A program made the position numbers and the translations under genes. A stretch of 64,000 nt of DNA from Octopus sinensis (lineage: Eukaryota): assembly GCF_006345805.1 (NCBI RefSeq), contig NC_042997.1, positions 184,078,001-184,142,000 of the forward strand, read 5' to 3'. Of the stretch, positions 37,743 to 50,885 are shown in pieces (the first letter of the stretch is position 1; the number at the start of each line of letters is the position of its first letter). The notes beneath the pieces are model-generated. The model was given only the letters and a program-made list of their open reading frames with translations, had not been told where the DNA came from and searched no databases.

Positions 37743-38481
37743 TTTATGTTATATTATTGGACCGTAATAGTGTTGCTTATGTTATAACAATGGGGGAAAG
37801 TAAACTGTGTTAAATTTTGTTTTTAAAATGAGATCGTTTTCCATAAGATCTGGGTTTCCGTTAGCATAGCTAGTTTTTGCATTGTCTAGAAGCCCTGGTG
37901 GTTATTTTTTGTTCATATTCTTCATCGTGCCATGTACAGCAATCTTATTAGAACTATTTTTATTGTGATAACCCACATCTTGCGTATTTCCCTTTTGTGG
38001 TTCTTGCATTGTTTTTGTACTTTTCAATTCTTTTCATGCGATGGCTTTGATTAAAAGAGATATAAATTTTAATGTCAGTCTAACTGATTTACTTTAATAT
38101 CACCGTGACCCAAATTATCGTAACCAGACCATAGTCACGTTCCGAGTTTTGTACATGCTTGTAACACAACGATTTTTATATCGAGGTGTCGGCGGATAAG
38201 GCTTTGCAAAGTCTGGACAGCTAGAAAAGTTATGGACAGTTGTTTTATCTATTTTGACTGCATAGTCTGCTGTTCCTGTTAGCCTATTGTCTCAGCATTT
38301 AATTTTCAGACGAATCGTGCCGGACACTGGTCAGTGGAAGCTTATTTTTACCATTTTGTTTTTACTTTCAAATTCCATTTTCTTTTTATCCTATTTTCTT
38401 TTTAAAAATATTTTCCTCTTTTTACTTTTTTACTTTCTCGTCATATAAATATTTATTTTTCAGCTTAAATTATCTATTAGT

Positions 38482-38903
38482 GGCGATCTTTCGTCTCTAG
38501 TAGACCTTTCCGTCGATTTCCGTAAAAAAATTTTTTTTCTTACATATGGGCTTGCGGGAACTTTTGAAGTAATATACATACATATACACATACACCGAGT
38601 AAAAAATTTCAGTTATCTCTTTCTTTCACACATTACTTGTCTCTTCACACACACTAACAGAAGCACTTCACTTACACAACATACTGTCTGTCTCCCACAC
38701 CCCAAATAACACACACACACACACATGTACATCAATGCTTCACATGCACGGTAACTTCAAAAGAATTTCCCTCGTCATACAATCGCTGTCTCTTAGTCTC
38801 TTTCGCTCTCATTACTTCAAAAGTTCCCGCAAGCCCATATGTAAAAAAAAAAAATTTTTTTACGGAAATCGACGGAAAGGTCTACTAGAGACGAAAGATT
38901 GCC
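38482..38903. mobile_element. MITE with ~92-bp TIRs starting GGC(G/A)ATC and a perfect 8-bp TSD
   Basis: 38482-38573 matches the reverse complement of 38811-38903; CTATTAGT at 38474-38481 and 38904-38911. Confidence 0.9.
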
Positions 38904-40224
38904 CTATTAGTTTGTGTTTCATTGTTTTCATATAGCCACCTTATTAAAATAACCAGTGTCTTTTGGTACCCTTCGTAATTACTCTCTCTTTGTATTTAGC
39001 CCTTCTTCGTTGTGCGCGGATAGGCATATCTTATCTAGATCTATTTTAAGATGGTGAGGTCAGAATGTCGCGAACAGTCTTCCCCCACTCTGTCTATTTA
39101 TATACATACACATAGTCAATTTATTATATTGAAGATGTACTTTATGACTCCGATGGCTTATGTTAAACACATCTTATTTTTAGCCTTGCTTTCAAGTTTT
39201 AATATTAGTCCAACTCTGCAAGACAGCAAACTGACAGAATTGCAACCATGCCGCGCAAAATGCTTAGCGACATTTCGTCCGTCCTTACGTTCAAATTCCG
39301 CTGAGATCGACCTTACCTTTTATCCTCTTTCAGGGTCGATAAAGTAAGTATCCGTTGAGTACTCGTTCGCTGTCATCGACTATTCCCCCTCCACCGAAAT
39401 TGCTGGCCTTGTACCAAAATTTGAAACCAAAATTAGTCTCTTAAGGCGGAGGGCTAACAGAATCGTTAAGCCTACCGGACAAAAATTTTAGGGGCATTTA
39501 ATCCGTCTTTACGTTCCGAGTTCAAATACCGCCGAGGTCGACTTTGCCTTTCATCCTTGCGGGATCGATAAAATAAGTACCTGTTGAGTATTGGAGTCGA
39601 TATAATCAACTTCACCCCTCATATTTGCTGGCCTTGTGCCAAAATAAGAAAAGAATATCAATCTAGCTTTTCAATAGCACCTCTTTTTAAAAAATTATCT
39701 CTGTTTCATTTTTGTGCTGGACCCAGTCAGTTTCTTGTGAGTATTGACTGATTTCTGCTAATTCACCGATTTCATTATCTAAATCTAACTTAATTAATTT
39801 GTTTCTCCTTCCTGTAGCTTTGATACACTTTTTAATCCCTACTTATTTTGATACCACGTGTAATTTTAAATATAGCTTTTACTAGGTCCTCCTGGGAGAT
39901 GCTGTGTCTCGTAATTATCATTTACTTTTTCTTCTTTACATGTTCCAGTATTTGTGCTGCGGTCATGCTGGGGCACCGTCTTGAAGGGCTTAGCTACAAA
40001 AAATCGTTGGTATTTTTAAAATCTGGAGCTTATTCTCTCGGTCACTTTTGTCGAATCGCCGATTTACAGTAACGTAAAGAAACCAACACCGGGTGTCTAG
40101 CAGTGGTAAGGTGTCTAGCGTGGAGGTTAAATTTGACAGTTTGCGTGAAAGAAAAAGGAAACACAAATATCCCATCAATAAACTAAAAGTATTTTACAAA
40201 ATAAAAAAAAATATCAACTAGATT

Positions 40225-40425
40225 ATGACTGGGAGATAACAGTTTACTCAAAGTAGCTGCCCTCAGCCTCCGCCATGGGCTCAAGACGGCTCCGGAACCT
40301 GGCACATGCTTTCCCCCACCGGAAAGATCTTCGAACACCTCCCTGATCTTGGCCACCAACTCGGCTTTGGTGCTGCAGACTGAGCGGTTAGTGTCTTTCT
40401 CAACCGCGTCTCACACAGTAATCGA
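40225..40425 (-). mobile_element. Tc1/mariner (maT-like) transposase C-terminal fragment
   Basis: Reads DAVEKDTNRSVCSTKAELVAKIREVFEDL...ACARFRSRLEPMAEAEGSYFE*, homologous to the C-terminus of the 32774 element. Confidence 0.7.
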
Positions 40426-41319
40426 TGAGATTAAAATCACGCACTCACGCTCCATTTAAACAAGTACAGGTGCACGTATTGTTCGATCGTCTTGGATACC
40501 AGTTTGGTTATAATCTAACTGAAGTTCTTTGAAACGCAACTCATTGTTGGTTTCGTGTTATTTATAAACTTGAAAAAAAGAAAAAAAAAAAGAACTGAAA
40601 TTCGCAACAGGTATACGACATCAAATATATAAATAAATCCTAATTTCTCTCTTTTCTTTGAAAGTTTCAAAATTCATCTTTTTTTTTTTCTGAAATCAGC
40701 GTGGATTCTATAACTGTTGAACTCTAGACACTTCTAGTTTGGAGTAAATAGATGCTTGGCTACTTTCTTCTGAGTTAAGCTGACCAGGTTAAGTAGAATG
40801 ATATAACTAACCTCAGGCGTAACAACATCAATAAGAATTCAAACTCTTAGAAACTCTACTATTCTGAACGGTTAGAAAACGTTAATCTTCTAATGTTTCT
40901 CATTTTATTTTCAGTGACAAAGACATTTATTTAAGCGTTCGTTAATAGCGTAAACACGATCAATGATTATCTTTACGAGCAATTTGTTCAGCAATTATCA
41001 CCTATAGTTTTCAAATGGATACAATAAAGACGAAACAGAAATGCTGCAATTTTTATCTGATTATTCAGGCCAAAAAGGCCTAAAATGCTTACGCATACTA
41101 CCTCTTATCCTTGAATTAACCACTATAAAAATATGTACAATACTGCACATGGTTGAGTGGCGGGTGTACAAGAATGGTTGTTTGATTAAGAAACTCTCTG
41201 TGATGTTTTGGATAGGTTTGAACCTCAAAGTATGAATGACATTCCTAGAATGCATGGTAAGTCGGGGGTCTACGACGGCATCCATCAGCAGCGTAGGGTA
41301 GTGGCTATTTTTTTTTGTC

Positions 41320-41995
41320 CTAACTGGAACAAAAAAGTCAGAATTCTTCAGTCGCTTTAATTATCTCAACACCTTCATGCAGGGAACGATGGCTTCATGT
41401 TTTACAACGGCAGACAAGATCGACGGACAGAAACGAAAGCTAGAAGCATGGAAGAGTCGAGTGTTAAGAGATTGTTATGGCATGTTTCGTCAATTAGCGA
41501 CAATCATCGCTGATGCAGGGGAAGACCTTAATATTACATCTCGACGAAATGTCATCAGAGAACACTTGACGGATCTTGCAAACCGGTTTCAGTTTTACTT
41601 TCCAGCAGAAGAAGATCCACGGAAAGGGAATGGATGGATCCGAAATCCATTTCTTCCACTGCAAGATGACTTAAGTGTCATTATGGAGGATAAATTGTTG
41701 GAGTTGGCTGGTGACGAAAGATTGAAGAGGAGTTTCGAAACTGCAACATCACTTGGTCCCTTTTGGATTAAAGTGAAAGCAGAATATCTTGAGCTTAGCG
41801 AAATTGCTCTGAAAACTCTTCTCCCATTTCTTTCAACATACATCTACGAGACTGGCTTCTCAACCATGAGTGCCATTAATACAAAGTACTGAAATAATAT
41901 GGATATTCATTCTCCATTGCGCGTGTCACTGTCCTCAATTGAACCACGACTAGACAAACTGACAAAGAAGAAGCAGGCTCACCATTCGCATTAGT
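41320..41995 (+). pseudogene. hAT (Buster/Charlie-type) transposase C-terminal remnant with dimerisation domain
   Basis: WIRNPF...LLEL..D..LK..F....FW......Y.EL..IALK.LLPF.STY.YETGFS....I.TKY*...LRV.LSSIEPR.DKL...KQAH.SH*. It has a premature stop and no N-terminus. Confidence 0.9.
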
Positions 41996-42555
41996 AAAAA
42001 TTAAGATTATAAAATGCTTATGTAATATTGTATTATTTGTTTACAAAATAAATTGAATAAATTCATTAGAGTAGAGTTGATAGTGTTCTGAAAGCAGTAG
42101 CGATAGAATACAGTAGATTGGAGGGTGGGTGGGGAGATAGTTAAGGATTGGAGGGCATCGCGACAAATGTTACAATGACAAAAAAATCAACCGATCAATT
42201 ATTCAAAGCGAAACACTTAGGATGTCAGAGCCAAGGCGTGCGCTCTTATCGCTATGGAACAAAACGTGTTCGATGGGTCCAGATGGTAGAGGTGGGAGAT
42301 GACATGAAATCCACGTTTAGGTCTTTAAGGGATCACGAAGAAGCATGCTGTTCGATTCCAGACTGATGAGTGTAGTTTTCTAGCAGTATATTACCTGGGG
42401 ATGGGTGGGGGGTAAGAATCTAAAGAATGGGAGACAAATTGCATTGAGTCATTGAGTTATTTCCCCCTTTATGAAATGTATTTGAAGATCGACGATGTTG
42501 ACTTTTGTTTTATCCTTTTGATGTCAGTAAAATAATTATCAGTCTAATAATTATA

Positions 42556-42726
42556 GGCGCAGGAGTGGCTGTGTGGTGAGTAGCTTGCTAACCAACCATA
42601 TGGTTCCGGGTTCAGTCCTACTGCGTGGCATCTTGGGCAAGTGTCATCTGCTATAGCCCCGGGCCGACCAATGCCTTGTGAGTGGATTTGGTAGATGGAA
42701 ACTGAAAGAAGCCTGTCGTATATATG

Positions 42727-42759
<33 letters not shown>

Positions 42760-42977
42760 TTGTGTGTCTGTGTTTGTCCCCCTAGCATTGCTTGACAACC
42801 GATGCTGGTGTGTTTACGTCCCCGTAACTTAGCGGTCCGGCAAAAGAGACCGATAGAATAAGTACTGGGCTTACAAAGAATAAGTCCCGGGGTCGATTTG
42901 CTCGACTAAAAGGCGGTGCTCCAGCATGGCCGCAGTCAAATGACTGAAACAAGTAAAAGAGTAGAAGAGTAAAGAGA
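42556..42977 (+). mobile_element. Family A SINE
   Basis: Full head-microsatellite-tail structure. Confidence 0.9.
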
Positions 42978-43744
42978 GTCTAATGTTGTGTTTCATTGTG
43001 CCTGTGTTATAAATGAGTATTATTATTATTATGCGAAGAAAGACCGCGAGCTGGTGGAACCTTTAGTACGCCGGGCAAAATTCTTAGCGGCATTTCGTCC
43101 GTCCTTACGTTCTGAGTTCAAATTCTGCCGTGGTCGTCTTTGCCTTTCATCCTTTCGGGGTCGATAAATTAAGTATCAGTGAATCACTGGGGTCGACTAG
43201 GCCACTCTCCAAAAATTTCGGGCCTTGTGCCAAGAGTAGAAAGGATATGCGAAGAGAAAGGCTGGGATAGGGATATCAGTAGAGTTCCAGACGCAATGCC
43301 TTGCGGTAGTCGTTATGGCTTTCTGACTCCGAGTTCAAATGTTATAAAGGATGGACTTTGCCTTTCATCTTCAAGGATCTATAAAATAAATACCAGTAAA
43401 TATAAGCTCGACTTATTCGATTATTCTGCCTACCAAAATGCGTGTTCCTGGAAATATATTGGAAGTGTTAGAATTATTTTTATCAATATCATGGTTTTTT
43501 TTTTAAATGCGGCATATTGGCCGAGTCATTAGCATACTACACTTAATGCTTAGCAGCATTTCGTCCGTTTTCACATTCTGAGTTCGATTTCCGCAGAGAT
43601 TGATTTTTTTTTTACCTTTCACCCTTTCGAGGTTAATAAAATCAGTGCCAGTTAAGCACTGGGGGTCGATGTAATCGACTAGCCCCTCCCCACCAATAAA
43701 ATTTCAGGCCTTGTAGCTATAGTAAAATAAAATAAAATAAATGG

Positions 43745-43985
43745 GTCCTTTTAAAGCCTAGCCAGGCTCAGGGGCCCGGTTTCTCGGTTTCAATGGCGTA
43801 TGTGTTCCCCAGCTGGACGGGACGCCGGTCCATCGCAGCGTTACTCATTTTTGCCAGCTGAGTGGACTGGAGCAACGTGAAATGAAATGTTTTGCTCAAG
43901 AACACAACGCGTCGACCGGTGCAGGAATCGAAACCACAATCTTACGATCATGATGCTGACACCCTAACCACTAAACCACGCGCCT
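43745..43985 (-). mobile_element. tRNA-derived SINE, family D (family C-like head and core, different tail)
   Basis: Similar copies at 49420-49672 and 56850-57095; tail GGCTAGGCTTTAAAAGG. Confidence 0.85.
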
Positions 43986-44321
43986 CCACTGTACCTATAG
44001 CAGAAAATATTATTATCCTATTTTCTTTATTTTTTTTTCAAGGCGGCATGGTGGCAGAATCGTTAGCATGCCAGATAAAATGCTTAATGGCGTTTCTTCT
44101 AGCTTTACGTTGAGTTCGAATTCTGCCGAGGTCAACTTTGCCTTTCGAGATTAATAAAGTAAGTACCAGTCACATACTGGTACTTTCCCACAAAGTTGGT
44201 AACCCTATGCCAAAATTAGAATTATTATCATGTTTTTTAACTGTTTCTACTGCACCAGTAAACCCTCTGTGTTTCAGAGGTTTGTACAGCGTCACCTTTT
44301 TTATTTCTATTACTCTTTTTT

Positions 44322-44735
44322 TCTCTTTTACTCTTTTACTTGTTTCAGTCATTTGACTGCGGCCATGCTGGAGCACCACCTTTAGTCAAGCAAATCGACC
44401 CCGGGACTTATTCTTTGTAAGCTCAGTACTTATTCTATCGGTCTCTTTTGCCGAACCGCTAAGTTACGGGGACGTAAACACACCAGCATCGGTTGTCAAA
44501 CAATGCTAGGGGAACAAACACAGACACACAAACATATACACACACACACGCATATATATATATACATATATACGACAGGCTTCTTTCAGTTTCCGTCTAC
44601 CAAATCCACTCACAAGGCATTGGTCGGCCCGGGGCTATAGCAGAAGACACTTGCCCAAGATGCCACGCAGTGGAACTGAACCCGGAACCATGTGGTTGGT
44701 TAGCAAGCTACTTACCACACAACCACTCCTGCGCC
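44322..44735 (-). mobile_element. Family A SINE
   Basis: Near-identical reverse complement of 42556-42977. Confidence 0.9.
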
Positions 44736-45841
44736 TATGCTTCAACTATTTTTATTCTATTGTATAATTCGCTTGTGTTGTGTTAAGCATTCTTTTAGCG
44801 TTTCTCTTTGACTGTTGTGTAGAAGAATATGTGTAATATAAACTGTATCATTTCGATAGGTGATGTGATTATTTGAGTAGTTGTGTAGAGCATGGGCTGT
44901 TTGAGTTATGTTATATTATTGATTGCAAATACGTGGAATATAATTTGTGGGGGCGAAGTTGTTGATGTGTAGGATGTGTTGTTATATCAGATATCGATTA
45001 TATAAGTATTATTTTATAGGTTAGTGTTTGTGTGGAGTATGTGCTGTGTTTATTTGGTGGCGATTGTACACAGCCATGATTGCCAAATTTTCTCAGAGCG
45101 CAACGCGTATATTGATAGCTAGCTTCAAAATGTCCTAGGAAGTCATTTCAACACAGAAAATATATTAAATTATTTAAATATGCAATACGAGTAAAAAATG
45201 GAAGCACGCATTAAATGATTGCTACAAAGCTAATGTGACACCTGACTTTGATGTGATTTACAAATTTTATTCGGTTAAGGAATATTTGACAAAGCGCCGA
45301 ATAGAAACAGTTTCAGTCGATAGAAATGTTATTTCTTTGTTTTGATGTTCGTTAATGACGAGAACGCCCGTTCGCATAAATATGAGGTAGAAAACAGCTC
45401 TAATGCTTTTAAAACATTTCCTGTAATCTCTGGCGGGATCCTTTTGTATCGATACCCAGAAGCTGTCAATTGATTGTTGGGCAAATTTTTGATTTTAATG
45501 TAATGTCACAGAATACGTCAGTCAGTTGGTCTCGTGCATCAGTGAGTTTAGTACTATCGTGAGAATTCACAAACAATGGCACAATACATTGAAGGATTGT
45601 AACTGATTGAGTCCTTGTAGCTGAGTTAGATGCTTCCACATTTGTGTCAGTAATACTTCTACATATCAAAAGAATGGAAACATGCTAAAACCCCACTTCT
45701 GAATGGTATTTTTGTTTCAAGACTTCAATTTTCTGGAGAAGTGATCTTAGTCCTGGTTCATAGAAATAATTAAATATCTTTGCATTGCCTCCAATGATTC
45801 GTAAAGGAGTCTATCTCTACGTCGTCAAGAAACAAGAAATA

Positions 45842-46261
45842 AGGCGGCGAGCAGGCAGAAACGTTAGCACGCCGGGCGAAATGCGTAGCCGTATTTCGTC
45901 TGCCGTAACGTTCTGAGTTCAAATTCTGCCGAGATCGACTTTGCCTTTCATCCTTTCGGGGTCGATAAATTAAGTACCAGTTACGCACTGGGGTCGATAT
46001 AATCGACTTAATCCGTTTGTCTGCCCTTGTTTGTCCCCTCTCTGTTTAGCCCCTTGTGGGTAGTAAAGAAATAAGTATTTCGTCTGCCGCTACGTTCTGA
46101 GTTCAAATTCAGCCGAGATCGACCTTGCCTTTCATCCTTTCGGGGTCGATAAATTAAGTACCAGTTACGCACTGCACTGGGATCGATGTAATCGACTTAA
46201 TCCCTTTGTATGTCCCAGTTTGTTCCATCTATGTTTAGCCCCTTGTGGGCAATGAAGAAAT
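45842..46261 (+). mobile_element. Family B SINE dimer
   Basis: 13-bp TSD AAGAAACAAGAAA at 45827-45839 and 46262-46274. Confidence 0.9.
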
Positions 46262-46879
46262 AAGAAACAAGAAACTACACGCGGTACAATACATTTATTT
46301 TAGTATAAGTAGAAAATCACAACTTTCCTTGGCTATTCAGGACTTGACAACTCGGCATAAATCTCGGAAAATCAATGTTCTGAACCGTTCCCGTTTTTGT
46401 GCATGTGCTAAGCATGTATACTTGTAGTTCTACGTTAGCCTTGATCGAGAAAAACATTCAGTCAAAATTGGTTTTTCACCGTTTAAAAGCTTTTGCTAAT
46501 ATTGCTACTCAGCCAAGGCTTTTATAGAGTTACATGTATTACATATATTTCCTTTGTATTTCGACACTGAACCTTTGCACATGAGCAAAGAAATAAATTA
46601 CACTGCTAAGTGTTTGTTTAGAATGATTCTTCTACTGTTCGAAGCTCGGGTCCAACGCTTTAAAAAGTCTGCTAATTGATCACCTTACACACACACACAC
46701 ACACACACACAACACACACACACACACACACATACACACACATGGGCTATGCAGGTGAAAATTTATATTATATGTTGTTCGTGTTTAAGATTTATACCTT
46801 TGTGATTTGTAGTCCGCCTACAAGCATTTTGCTTGTATATATTCAAGTAGAACTATACTATATTTCAAAATATACTCAC

Positions 46880-47080
46880 CATGATAAATCGGTAGCCACT
46901 ACACACATTTTGTTTTTCTCTCCTTGTTTCTCTCCTTGTTTCTTTCTGTGTTCCTTTCTGTAGAAGAGCGTAGGCTCGAAACGTAAAAGACTTTTTCAAT
47001 TCCTGAGCGTTATACTAAAACACCTGTTTGTTTTCTACACCAACTGTCTTTTGTTTTTTTTTTGTGAATTCTCCCTATAC
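46880..47080 (+). mobile_element. ~200-bp dispersed repeat carrying a hammerhead-like motif (Penelope-associated type); second copy at 53575-53780
   Basis: CTTT-CTGTAGA-A-GAGC-GTAG-GCTC-GAAAC-GTA-AAAG at 46954-46989. Confidence 0.6.
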
Positions 47081-47519
47081 TTTTAAAGATCTTTTGATCC
47101 CCATTATATGTAGTGGTATTGTCTTAAGGTGTCGAATCACGTTGATATCCGGTAGGTAGCTGACGAAGGAAGCTCCTCGTTGTGTTAAATATATTTGCAT
47201 CCTCTCGTTATTGTCTCTGATCATTGTTACTGTCCTGTTGGACTGGATTAGTTTAGCTTAGGATATTACGGGTGGGTATGTTATAGGGGTTAGACAATTT
47301 TTATTATAGGCATATAATGGTTTGTAAATAATTATAGTTTAACGTGGTCGGAATATCGCTAAAAGGCAGCTAGCTGTAAAGCATACATATATACATGTGT
47401 TCATACATATATACAAACGTTCGTATATACCTACATGCGTACATTCAGACACACACAAATATACATGGATGCATACATGGGTACCTGTTTAGGGAAGCTG
47501 GTTTAGTCGATAGATATTT

Positions 47520-47945
47520 TTATCTTTTGTTTCAGTCATTTGACTGTGGCCATGCTGGAGTACCGCCTTGAAGGGTTTTAGTCGAACAAATCGACACCAG
47601 AACTTATATTTCTTAAAGTCTGGTACTTATTTTATTGTTGTCTTTTGCCGAATCGCTAAGTAACGGGAACGTAAACACACCAACACCGGTTGTCAAGCGG
47701 TGGTGGGGGAAAGCACAGATACAAAGATACATACACATGAATATATACATATATGTATCTGTGTGTATATATATATATATATATATATGTATACGATGAG
47801 CTTTCAGTGTCTGTCTACCAAATGCATTCACAAGGCTTTGGTCGGCTTGAGGCTATAGGGGAAAATATGTCCAAGGTACCACACAGTGGGACTGAACTCA
47901 GAACCACGTTGTAAGAAAGCAAACATTTTACCACATAGCCACGCT
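47520..47945 (-). mobile_element. Family A SINE (variant)
   Basis: Reverse-complement match to family A. Confidence 0.85.
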
Positions 47946-47971
47946 TGCTGAGAAATTAAAAATAAACCTAC

Positions 47972-48065
47972 TATAGAAGAACATAGGGTTTGCATCGGCC
48001 TCTGGGCAGGTATCGCCATGACAAACACCTTCCTTCCAAGCACTGCTGTAATCAGCAGAAGTGGG
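47972..48065 (-). CDS. Candidate 94-nt internal exon, product unknown
   Basis: Acceptor TGTGTTTTTAGATTCTAG| and donor |GTAGGT, locally GC-rich, open frame PTSADYSSAWKEGVCHGDTCPEADANPMFFY. No homology recognised. Confidence 0.3.
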
Positions 48066-48349
48066 CTAGAATCTAAAAACACAGCAGAGTTTTAGAGATT
48101 ATTTTGACCAGATACACTGTGGCAAGATTGTATATGTATTCACACATCTACATTGAAATACGTATGTATGTATGTATGTATGTATGTATGTATGTATGTA
48201 TGTATGTATGTATGTATGTATGTATGTATGTATGCATGCATGCATGCATGCATGTATGTATGTACATGCGTATGTAGGTATATTTGTATGTTTATATGTA
48301 CGTATGTATGTATCGTTGCATGTTTATACGTATGTGTGTATGTATATTT

Positions 48350-48625
48350 CTATGTAGATCGAGTTCTTTCAGAGGCAACTGTCTCCAATTGGTGCAGCTG
48401 GTTCCTCAAACAAGGAGACCAATCGAACTCATGGATGTTACCCAACCATCTTGCTTCTGGTCTACCTCTGATTCTCTTGCCAGCTGGTTGTTCGCGTAAA
48501 ACATGTTCAGCGATTCTTTCTTGAGACATTCTCACCACATGTCCGAAGTATCGGAGTTGTGATTTCTCAATTCGGAGAAGTAGTGGCTCTAACTGGAGCA
48601 CCTCTCCGATCTCCGAGCTACACAC
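48350..48625 (-). mobile_element. RTE-clade LINE RT C-terminal fragment
   Basis: EPLLLRIEKSQLRYFGHVVRM..ER.....P.GKR.RGRP..RW motif. Confidence 0.85.
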
Positions 48626-48728
48626 TCTACCGAGAACGCTACTTCAGAGTTTGGAGAAATAAAAGTTAAAATATTAAACTCTAAAATTACACCTGCTGAA
48701 ATTATTACTTAAAACCTAAAAATCTAAA

Positions 48729-49103
48729 TCTATCTCTCTATATATAAACGGCAGTTTGTCTGTGTGTGTTTCTGTGTGTCTGTTAGGTTGTACCCTCACC
48801 CTGACCACGGCTTTCAACCGATTCTGAGGAAACTTGACACACACATAGCCCAATGTCATAATTCAAAACTAACGCAGCGAAAATTTTGAAAAGTTCCCCC
48901 AGTTCTGAAAAAAATCGATAAATTCGACATGGGGTCGAGAATCAGAAACACAAGCCACGGACTGTCTAGGGGACGCAACTCGACCTTTTTAACTAAAAAA
49001 AAAATTTACCATCATTTTTTTTCCATTTTTTGGCTATAACTCTCTAAAATGCTTTATAGTTATTTCCCTTACAAACCCGAGCAACGCCGGGCGATACTGC
49101 TAG
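48729..49103 (+). mobile_element. Non-autonomous Helitron (copy 2)
   Basis: Near-identical to 1459-1843; TC start, hairpin and CTAG end. Confidence 0.85.
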
Positions 49104-49686
49104 TCTATTATAAAAGCTATTTACTGAATAGAATATTTGCCAGCTATCTCAAATCAGTTTTTGTAGCTTCGACGTAAACAACCTAATTTCTGTAAAAGAC
49201 ACCTCATTAGAACAAATTGACAGCTGCTGAAAGTCTATTTGGGAAAGAAATGATAAATTCTATAATCAAGTTGTATGAATAGAAAAACTAGAAAAAGATA
49301 AGCAAGCATATTCAAGAAAACAATAAGAAAATTTAGAGAACAGTTATGTGAACAGTCTTAAAGAAAATGAGAAACAGGAATCCCCAGGCCCAGATCTTTA
49401 TAACAGGATAAAATAAATAAATAAATGCGCCCTTTTAAAGCCTAGCCAGGCTCATGGGCCCGGTTTCCCGGTATCAATGGCGTTTGTGTTCCCCAGCTGG
49501 ATGGGACGCAAGTCCATCGCAGCGTTACTCCTTTTTGCCAGCTGAGTGGACTGGAGCAACGTAAAATGAAGTGTTTTGCTCAAGAACACAACGCGTCGCC
49601 CGGTCTAGGAAACGAAACCACAATCTTACGATCACGGTGCTGACACCCTAACCACTAAGCCACGCACCTCCACTTTATAACAGGAT

Positions 49687-50203
49687 TGTGTGACCCCCCT
49701 TCGGTCATGAATGACCATGGAATTGCACCTAGAAAGTTACCCTCCGAGGTACAAGTCTGGGCAAGGTTGTTTATGGAAGACCAGCAGTCGCTCCCGCATA
49801 CCATCCTTCCCTCTCCACACCACCGATGTTATCCAAGGGAAAGGCAAAGGCCGATAAAGCTTGGCACCAGTGACGTCGCAGCTCATTTATTAACATGCAA
49901 GTGGCTGAGCACTCCACAGACACGTGTACCCTTAACGTGGTTCTCGGGGAGATTCAGCGTGACACAGAGTGTGACAAGGCTGGCCCCTTTGGAATACAGG
50001 TACAACAGAAACAGGAAGAAAGAGTGAGAGAAAGTTGCGGTGAAAGAGTACAGCAGGGTTCACCACCACCCCTTGATGGAGCCTCGTGGAGCTTTTAGGT
50101 GTTTTCGCTCAATAAACACTCACAATGCCCGGTCTGGGAATCGAAACAGCGATCCTACGACCGCGAGTCCGCTGCCCTAACCACTGGGCCATTGCGCCTC
50201 CAC
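49687..50203 (-). mobile_element. Composite tRNA-headed SINE, family E
   Basis: Head GGAGGCGCAATGGCCCAGTGGTTAGGG (also at 35148), a middle module shared with family C, and a tail shared with 54480-54665. TSD TATAACAGGAT at 49676-49686 and 50204-50214. Confidence 0.85.
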
Positions 50204-50404
50204 TATAACAGGATAGTGGTTCAATAATCTCACCTTCTATCGGCGAGATTTGATAATGTTGTATAAAAAGAGTATCAGGAGTAAGTTTGATGCGCCTAAC
50301 TGACTGTCAGTTATCATTTACCCGTCTCCTGAAAAGAAGCCAAATCACCAAAGCAAAAAATTACCGCTTAATTGCCTGCCAGATCATCAGGTGCGAGATC
50401 TACA

Positions 50405-50885
50405 ATGTATGTATGTATGTATGTATGTATGTATGTATGTATGTATGTATGTATGTGTGTATGTGTGTATGTGTATGCATGCATGTATGTATGTATGTAT
50501 GTATGTATGAATGCTTGTATTTATGTATGTATGTATGTATGTTTTTATGTATGTATGTATGCATTACTTATGTATTTATGTATGTATGCATGCATTTACT
50601 TATGTATGTATGCATGCATTACTTATGTATTTATGTATGTATGCATGCATTTACTTATGTATGTATGCATGCATTACTTATGTATTTATGTATGTATGCA
50701 TGCATTACTTATGTATTTATGTATGTATGCATGCATTTACTTATGTATTCATGTATTTATGTATGTATGTATGTTTGTATGCATGTATGCATGCATTTAC
50801 TTATGTATGTATGTATGTATGTATGTATGTATGTATGTGTGCATGCATGTATTTATGTATGTATGTATGTATTTATGTATGTATG
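50405..50885. repeat. (TATG)n microsatellite grading into a GCATTACTTATGTATTTATGTATGTAT-type minisatellite
   Basis: Direct reading. Confidence 0.9.

Noticed and set aside
41377-41892. Domesticated ZBED/FAM200-like gene
   Set aside because: Only the C-terminal third is present, with a premature stop inside the dimerisation domain; treated as a transposon remnant.
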